Positions 58,364 to 64,000 of a DNA stretch of 64,000 nt are shown here, in pieces; position 1 is the stretch's first letter; each line of letters opens with the position of its first letter. The position numbers and the translations under genes are program-made. The notes under the pieces are model-generated. The model made no database searches and was not told the origin of the DNA. It worked only from the letters and a program-made list of their open reading frames with translations. The stretch is from an uncultured candidate division Zixibacteria bacterium (lineage in GTDB: Bacteria > Zixibacteria > MSB-5A5 > GN15 > FEB-12): assembly GCA_963735035.1 (NCBI GenBank), contig CAVTJJ010000002.1, forward strand, positions 32,001 through 96,000. The letters are read 5' to 3'.

Positions 58364-60793
58364 TTACTGTGCTGCATTATCGAATATGATTCCGGCCGCC
58401 TCGTGGTGGACTATCGAGTCGCCATGATAGACAACGACCTCACTCTTGAGTGAATCAAGCAGAGCTTCGGGCTCTTTGAGCGGCTGCATCCCAACTACGC
58501 GCATGAGATCGGTCAGTTGCGACAGTGCTCCATCAGAAGCTACGACTCGGATTGGTATAAAATGTTCATCCAAATAGTAATAGAAACTTACAAGCTCCAG
58601 TGGTTCCATAAGACGGCGGCCGTCAACGGAGAGCCCGTACCCTTCACCTACCCGAATCTCCCAGGTCATACTTACCGAGTCAAAAGAGATAAAAGTGCAC
58701 ACGCTCCTGACCTCAGGCGCGCTCGATAGGGGTGTCTCAGGAAGCAACACGTAGAATAACTGGCTGCCGCGCGGCATGCCGGACGCAAGGAAGAGTTCGT
58801 TGTCATATGGGGGACTCACCCCCTTCAAGTTGAGCGGATCCAACACGACGATGGCGACTCCGGCCTGGCGGTTATTTGTGCCAGAAAGCACAAGTTCCTT
58901 TCTTCCGTTGCCATCTATGTCCATCGAAATGCCGTCAGTTACTCCCAATGCCCCGGTATGCAAATAGGCCTGGTTATGTACGGCGCCAGCAGTATCGAAT
59001 AGCCTAATTTGTGACCGTGATGGCAACGATGCCGTGGCGGCAGTCAACACAAAACAACCCGCCATATCTGGCAGAAGACGCAACTGCGCCAGCAGATAGT
59101 GGAGGTTCTCTGCGACACCTCCATATGCAACGTCTCCAGGGTAATTCGTTCTCTGGTAAGCAGGCTCTTCCCACATTAGCTTACCTTCGTCATCATAGAA
59201 CTGCACGTTTCCGAGACTACTTTCGCTGCAGGGTGCAAAGAACAACTCATCACGCCCATTACCGTTCACATCAACAGTGACACGGTAATCGTGCCAGGCG
59301 GCCTTATCTTCCGCTAAAGGGACTGCAAATTCGGGGCTTTCCCAAAGCACCTGCCCTTCATCGTTAATTGTGGAGAACGTTCTCCCATGAACTTCAATAT
59401 TGGCAATGTGCCAGTCGAACCACCACGGTGCAAACGTCTTGGTACTAATTACCGCAAGTAGCCCCCAGATGAGCACCAGCATTATCGGCACCTGGATCTT
59501 CGTTGCCCGGCTGTATTTATACGCCTTGCGGGCCACAAACTGCCCCATGCAGACCCGCTCCGCACGTACAATGTTCAGGTTGTCAATCACTTCACGAAAC
59601 GTCGTCGCTCCCACCAGTGTCAGTTGGCGGTGCGGGAAAGCGCGGCCCATTTCTTCAATGCACCAGCGGGCGGTCTCGAGGTTCTCCTGCGGCAGCACCA
59701 GATACCGTATAGGCGAGAAGAAAGCCCGCTCGATCTTCCGTTTCAGACTCTCGGAACTGACAGGGGTCAGCCGGCCGGATTCATTCAACCCGCCTGTAAA
59801 CACGGCTTCCATCGCCACAAATCGTTCATGCTTGTGCACTTCCGGGTGAAGCAATTGGGCATACGCCACGAGCCCCGCCGCCAGGCCGACTGAATCACCC
59901 GTGAAAGTATGATCGCTGTCCACCACTCGGTAGCGAGCCCGAACAAATCGCCCCCTCGTCGGGCCCTCGCCGCTCGTGCCAAGTAGCCGCACTGTTGCAG
60001 ACAGAGACTTGTGGATACAACCCACCAGGGGGTCGTCCGGGGTCTTGATCTGGTTGTCCACCGTCAACTCGTGGTTGGTTGCCCCGGAACGACGATATTC
60101 AGCACTCCCCTGTAGCGACCGGAGCCTCCCCCGGGTGTGTTCTCCACTCGAGTTCTTTTCGACAAACAGGCAACGGACCTCGTCGAAAGACAGCGCTACG
60201 CGCTGGATTTCCCAATCGCGAAGAATTCGGCTCACTACGGGCACAAGAGGGCTGTCGGTCTCGACAAGCTTGACGTGAACAGCTCTCAACAGATCAAGTT
60301 CTGTTAGATCATCTACCGCGTTCTTGTAGGTCGAAAGGCTTGTGTCATCCTGAGCTTGTCGAAGGGCCATCCCGACATTGTCTGTGTCGGGACCGCAGTT
60401 GTACCCTCGCGCCAGGCAGTCCAACGCGTCATCGACCGCCCCTACATAGAAGAACTTGCGGGCGGCTTCTGTAGCCAGGAGTTGGACCGCGTTACGCAAA
60501 ATGCCCGCCTGTTCATTCCCCTTGTGGTAACTTCGAAGCTCAAGAGTCATTGATAAGGTCTGCCGAAGTTCGCTGGGAAGGAGGTCAGTAAGGCATTTCT
60601 CGCTAATGTCGCGTGTTAGAAGCGAAGGATATTCGTCGAAATAACTTCTGTATGATTGGTCGTCCCGGAACTCACTCAGGCTCGGCCAGAATTCGGCCAG
60701 CAGAAGCAATCTCAGATCGGCGGCAGGCTGGCTTTCCAGGCGGCTGCGTAGCTGCTCAAAACTTCGGGCGAATGTGAGCGGCGTAGGTTTCAT
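58364..60793 (-). CDS. Bitopic membrane protein with a cytoplasmic Lon-type (S16) protease domain and an extracytoplasmic FG-GAP-like repeat domain
   Basis: FTGDSVGLA...AVFTGGLNESGRLTPV...LKRKI...YLVLPQENL follows the Lon_C pattern GPSAG...TGE...G.V.P....K...LP.EN. One TM (IQVPIMLVLIWGLLAVI), then DVNGNGRDEL and DIDGNGRKEL. Confidence 0.72.
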   Translation of the reverse strand: MKPTPLTFARSFEQLRSRLESQPAADLRLLLLAEFWPSLSEFRDDQSYRSYFDEYPSLLTRDISEKCLTDLLPSELRQTLSMTLELRSYHKGNEQAGILRNAVQLLATEAARKFFYVGAVDDALDCLARGYNCGPDTDNVGMALRQAQDDTSLSTYKNAVDDLTELDLLRAVHVKLVETDSPLVPVVSRILRDWEIQRVALSFDEVRCLFVEKNSSGEHTRGRLRSLQGSAEYRRSGATNHELTVDNQIKTPDDPLVGCIHKSLSATVRLLGTSGEGPTRGRFVRARYRVVDSDHTFTGDSVGLAAGLVAYAQLLHPEVHKHERFVAMEAVFTGGLNESGRLTPVSSESLKRKIERAFFSPIRYLVLPQENLETARWCIEEMGRAFPHRQLTLVGATTFREVIDNLNIVRAERVCMGQFVARKAYKYSRATKIQVPIMLVLIWGLLAVISTKTFAPWWFDWHIANIEVHGRTFSTINDEGQVLWESPEFAVPLAEDKAAWHDYRVTVDVNGNGRDELFFAPCSESSLGNVQFYDDEGKLMWEEPAYQRTNYPGDVAYGGVAENLHYLLAQLRLLPDMAGCFVLTAATASLPSRSQIRLFDTAGAVHNQAYLHTGALGVTDGISMDIDGNGRKELVLSGTNNRQAGVAIVVLDPLNLKGVSPPYDNELFLASGMPRGSQLFYVLLPETPLSSAPEVRSVCTFISFDSVSMTWEIRVGEGYGLSVDGRRLMEPLELVSFYYYLDEHFIPIRVVASDGALSQLTDLMRVVGMQPLKEPEALLDSLKSEVVVYHGDSIVHHEAAGIIFDNAAQ
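60344..60365. repeat. Half of a GTCATCCTGAGCTTGTCGAAGG-type dispersed repeat, lying inside a CDS
   Basis: Reads as ALRQAQDD in the minus-strand protein; resembles a common bacterial intergenic palindromic repeat arm. Confidence 0.45.
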
Positions 60794-61648
60794 CTACTGA
60801 TACAGACGAATATTAATGGTTGAGTCAGGGTCGATTGGCCCTATCTGCACGGGAACACCAGCCAGCGCCGACACAAGGTCGGACCTGGTCTTCTGGGTAA
60901 CGACCACTTTCACTGAATCGAAATCAGTGCGGCCGTCGAGTTCGACCACCCGAATTGAGAGTTGCTTGCCCTCGGTGCGGCCCTCGAACCTGATCTCGAT
61001 TCGGTCGTGACGGTCAGTCTCAAGAGTGAGTTCCGTGGCGTATTGCACTTTGTCCGGGTCATACGCGAGCGGCTCCAGCGCGAAGACCGCCTCGGGCATC
61101 TTGATCTGCCATTTGAGCTTTTCGAGATTCTCCGTCGCGCCAAGGTCTATGTCCGTGCGACCGTCAGCATCGGTAATGAACTCCTTCCCCAGTTCCGGTA
61201 ACCGTACCATTACATGGGCGATATGGCGGATATCCTCGGCCTGCACTTGAAGGTAATCAGAACCCTTGCTCGTATTGCGCATGACCTGCACTACGATTTC
61301 GGGGTTCTCCGAATAGAGCGTAGCGATCCTGCAAATAGCGGGCTGCTTCTCCGGAGTCCCATCGGCAGCGAGATAGGAGACAGACGGGCGCAATGTGATG
61401 AGCGGTTTGAGGTCGACTATGCTGCCCCGCATGGCTGACTCGTAAAGTGAGTCGCGTAGGGTCAGAAAGCTCTCGGGAAGCGGTTCTGTGGCGCCTGATT
61501 CAGTCGGTATTATGGCATGTTTGTAGTTGTAACAGAATTCTACGCAGAACTCGCAAACTTCAAAGTGTCGGGAAATTTCTTCCCGGCGCGCCGAGTCTAA
61601 CACGGTGTCGTTCAGGTAGTCAATCAAGTCATCCCTTGACGGGTGCAT
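60794..61648 (-). CDS. Zinc-finger (HxxxCxxC) anti-sigma-like protein
   Basis: MHPSRDDLIDYL...RREEISRHFEVCEFC (zf-HC2 pattern), no TM helix, central YLAAD motif; GAGGAAGG RBS before ATG 61648. Confidence 0.65.
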   Translation of the reverse strand: MHPSRDDLIDYLNDTVLDSARREEISRHFEVCEFCVEFCYNYKHAIIPTESGATEPLPESFLTLRDSLYESAMRGSIVDLKPLITLRPSVSYLAADGTPEKQPAICRIATLYSENPEIVVQVMRNTSKGSDYLQVQAEDIRHIAHVMVRLPELGKEFITDADGRTDIDLGATENLEKLKWQIKMPEAVFALEPLAYDPDKVQYATELTLETDRHDRIEIRFEGRTEGKQLSIRVVELDGRTDFDSVKVVVTQKTRSDLVSALAGVPVQIGPIDPDSTINIRLYQ

Positions 61649-61661
61649 ACTACGCCCTTCC

Positions 61662-62756
61662 TCATTCATCTGGTATATAGTCTCCAAGCGACCAGATTGT
61701 AGAATCTTCTCTGAGCCTCCGACGGACTTCTTCTAAAGCCTTGCGGGTGACAGAGTCCATAATATTCTTGACCCGGAGCTGGTATTCCTTCTGGTCAACC
61801 TCCGACCGGAAGTGAAAGAAATATGACGGAATCGAGTCAGCTTCGCCGCAGAGGCAAAAGTCCCTTAGCCAGTCGTTACATGCCTTGATCATGGCTGCCG
61901 CTTCGTCCGGTGTGATCCGGCCTTTGTGGAGGTATGGGGCTATACCGCCTGTCTCTATCCATGCGGAGACATGGCGGACGGCTTCTACAATCTTCCGCAG
62001 CCGAAGTTCACCCAGGGGACCCGCGGGGCGTTCTTGCACATATTCCAGGGCGTCTACATACTCCGCATTCACGGCTATCATGGTGGAAATAAGTATTGAC
62101 CTTGGGATGGCATTTCGGAAATCGGCTTCCTGATCGAGAAGCTCGAATATCTTATTGCACCAGTCGGAGCGGTTGACCGTTTCAAGGAATGCTGTCAGGA
62201 CCAAGCGTTGCAAGCGGTCATCGGGAATGGCAGAGAGTTCATTTCGCAATTGGTATTGGTTAGCCGATAGATAAATGGATTCTCTATGATCGCCCGGCAA
62301 CAGTTTCTGTTGGTAAGTAGGCGATCGCAACACCTCTGCAATGCGCCTCTTCAATAGCGTAATTTCCGGTTCGTAATCGCCGGCGAGCTTTGTCACCTTC
62401 TTCCTGATGAACCCGCGCAACAGGATATGGAAGTGATCCGCCAGATCGCCGGCCTCTGACGCAGTGAAGTCGCTGATTCCGTGCCGTCGGTAGTATTCGA
62501 AGATAATGTCAAAAGGCCTACCCCTACGACTGCTTAGAAAAAAACCTATGACGTCGTTCGTGATGTCGATCAGCGGCTGTTCCGACTGAACTTGATCAAC
62601 AGGCAATCGCCACCCTGCAGATTTCAAGCACCGAAGGTAATGGATAGTTTCACCAACGCAGAGACCAAAGAAATCGTTGAAACAGTTCCGACTCAGCGGA
62701 GACAACAGAAATCTGCGGACAATCTCTGCCTGGTCCTTGTAATCCTGTGCAGTCAA
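61662..62756 (-). CDS. Hypothetical protein, possibly a divergent sigma-like regulator
   Basis: 364-aa, apparently helical ORF heading the operon, directly upstream of the zinc-finger gene. The sigma call rests mainly on gene context. Confidence 0.5.
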   Translation of the reverse strand: MTAQDYKDQAEIVRRFLLSPLSRNCFNDFFGLCVGETIHYLRCLKSAGWRLPVDQVQSEQPLIDITNDVIGFFLSSRRGRPFDIIFEYYRRHGISDFTASEAGDLADHFHILLRGFIRKKVTKLAGDYEPEITLLKRRIAEVLRSPTYQQKLLPGDHRESIYLSANQYQLRNELSAIPDDRLQRLVLTAFLETVNRSDWCNKIFELLDQEADFRNAIPRSILISTMIAVNAEYVDALEYVQERPAGPLGELRLRKIVEAVRHVSAWIETGGIAPYLHKGRITPDEAAAMIKACNDWLRDFCLCGEADSIPSYFFHFRSEVDQKEYQLRVKNIMDSVTRKALEEVRRRLREDSTIWSLGDYIPDE

Positions 62757-63144
62757 TCCTGTACGATACTTTCCCTACGACAGTATTTGTCATCTTAATC
62801 TTGCGCAACGGACTGTAAAGTACGGCAGCTTTGGCCTACTGGCAACGGCTTTCCCCGGACCATTACAAGCTCTTATTGCTGGAACTCTATGACCTTGCCT
62901 ATTTCAGGCTGGCCGTAGGTTGCACCATCCGTTAGAACCTCTATCACGCGTTCATACGAACTTGGAATCAGAGTTGTCACAAATTTATCACACCGGGATA
63001 GACCGGTTCATGGACTCTGATGGCCTACATAACATCAGGAGGCGTCGACACCCACTTTGCGGCGATGGTCACGAGTGGGCCGCAAAATGGAAGCGGCTAT
63101 ACCTGTCGAGGAATAACCGCCTCACACTTAGGTTCTGACCGTTT

Positions 63145-64000
63145 CTACAAACAGTCCGGGAGTCCTAACGACGGACCCGTGATGAACAAATAATCGATCA
63201 AATACGAGATGTCGCCAATCGTGATGTCATCACAAATAGGGGTGATGCCGCCGGACTGGTTTATGTCGGCCGCAAGCAGGCAGGGAATGATACCTGTGCA
63301 TGTGCCGGTGACAAACTTGGCGTCGATCAGCGAAGCAACATCTCCTATAGTGGGCTCCGGATTGCCGTCGCCGTTGACATCACCGACGCGGCCCACACAG
63401 CAACGGGTCGTAAAGCTCCAGACGGTTGAGTTCGCACTCATTCCGCCGGCGTTCGAAGCTGAGACGCGCCAGAAATAGGGTTTGTTGCCGGTGAGCCCGG
63501 TCACAGCCAGAGACGTTGCTGATATATTGCTCTGATTTACAGCCGTGGTGCCAAAGACCGCGTCAACTGACACTTGAACCCGATATGATGTTGCGCCGGG
63601 AGATGAATTCCAAGTCAGCGTCGGGCTGGTGGATACTCCACTTGCTCCACTTGCCGGGCTCGCAAGGGTTGGCGGAGCGGGTGCAAGTATCAGCGTAGCA
63701 CGGTTCACAACGTTTGAGATTGCCGCCCAGTTGGGAACTTCGTCGGCCGCCTTCACCGCAAAATAGTAGGCCGTGCCGGCGTTCAGTCCACTGATCACAA
63801 ATGATTCAGCACTACCGGCAATTTTCGGAGTTGGCGCCGAGGCCGCTTTCGTCGCCGATGCGAAGTTGACTGCTGTGATTGCAGCCAAGGAATAACGAAT
63901 GTCGTACTGGCTGGCCGTACCGACATTGCCGTCATCGCCGGAAGCAGTCCAGGCGAGCGCCACACTGGTGGAAGTTGCGGTTCCGGCTGACAGATTGGCT
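63145..64000 (-). CDS. C-terminal part of a secreted fibronectin type III repeat protein with a dockerin-like domain (partial)
   Basis: LAWTASGDDG...YDIRYS...GLNAGTAYYFAVKAADE, second FN3 TLTWNS...YFWRVSA, then CCVGRVGDVNGDG...TIGDISYLIDYLF; open to the window end. Confidence 0.88.
   Translation of the reverse strand, partial: ANLSAGTATSTSVALAWTASGDDGNVGTASQYDIRYSLAAITAVNFASATKAASAPTPKIAGSAESFVISGLNAGTAYYFAVKAADEVPNWAAISNVVNRATLILAPAPPTLASPASGASGVSTSPTLTWNSSPGATSYRVQVSVDAVFGTTAVNQSNISATSLAVTGLTGNKPYFWRVSASNAGGMSANSTVWSFTTRCCVGRVGDVNGDGNPEPTIGDVASLIDAKFVTGTCTGIIPCLLAADINQSGGITPICDDITIGDISYLIDYLFITGPSLGLPDCL

Noticed and set aside
58364..60793. Canonical ATP-dependent Lon protease or a CRISPR-associated CalpL
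   Set aside because: No Walker A/B motifs, no recognisable SAVED domain and no CRISPR/cas genes in the window.
1..64000. tRNA, rRNA, integrase or transposase genes
   Set aside because: None recognised by eye; a covariance-model scan would be needed to exclude small RNAs.

Overview
Bacterial genomic window, most likely candidate phylum Zixibacteria or a related FCB-group lineage (inferred from the 'IGDISxLIDxLF' dockerin-like repeats and a 'QNYPNPFNP...KKMILMK' C-terminal sorting domain). From left to right: (1) about 18 kb of co-directional minus-strand respiratory genes (cbb3 oxidase with maturation genes, heme O synthase, alternative complex III actA-G, SCO, start of coxB); (2) an octaheme cytochrome/NrfC/NrfD module; (3) REP-like and MITE-like repeats around orphan genes; (4) a MocR/aminotransferase pair and a MacAB-like ABC exporter; (5) an apparently unannotated RiPP cluster; (6) a trp/aro/tyr operon controlled by an unannotated FTYWWY leader peptide and attenuator; (7) a sigma-like / zinc-finger anti-sigma-like / membrane Lon-type protease triad between secreted dockerin proteins. 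The RiPP cluster has three tandem 31-34 aa precursors (MIFLIEPN..PP..C..C..LYGI) missing from the ORF track, each followed by a related hairpin. Downstream are a thioether-type radical SAM/SPASM enzyme, a PlpX-like tyramine-excising 'splicease' radical SAM and an ABC exporter. Six apparent frameshifts in conserved genes look like long-read indel errors. All family assignments are by eye from motifs; no searches were run.
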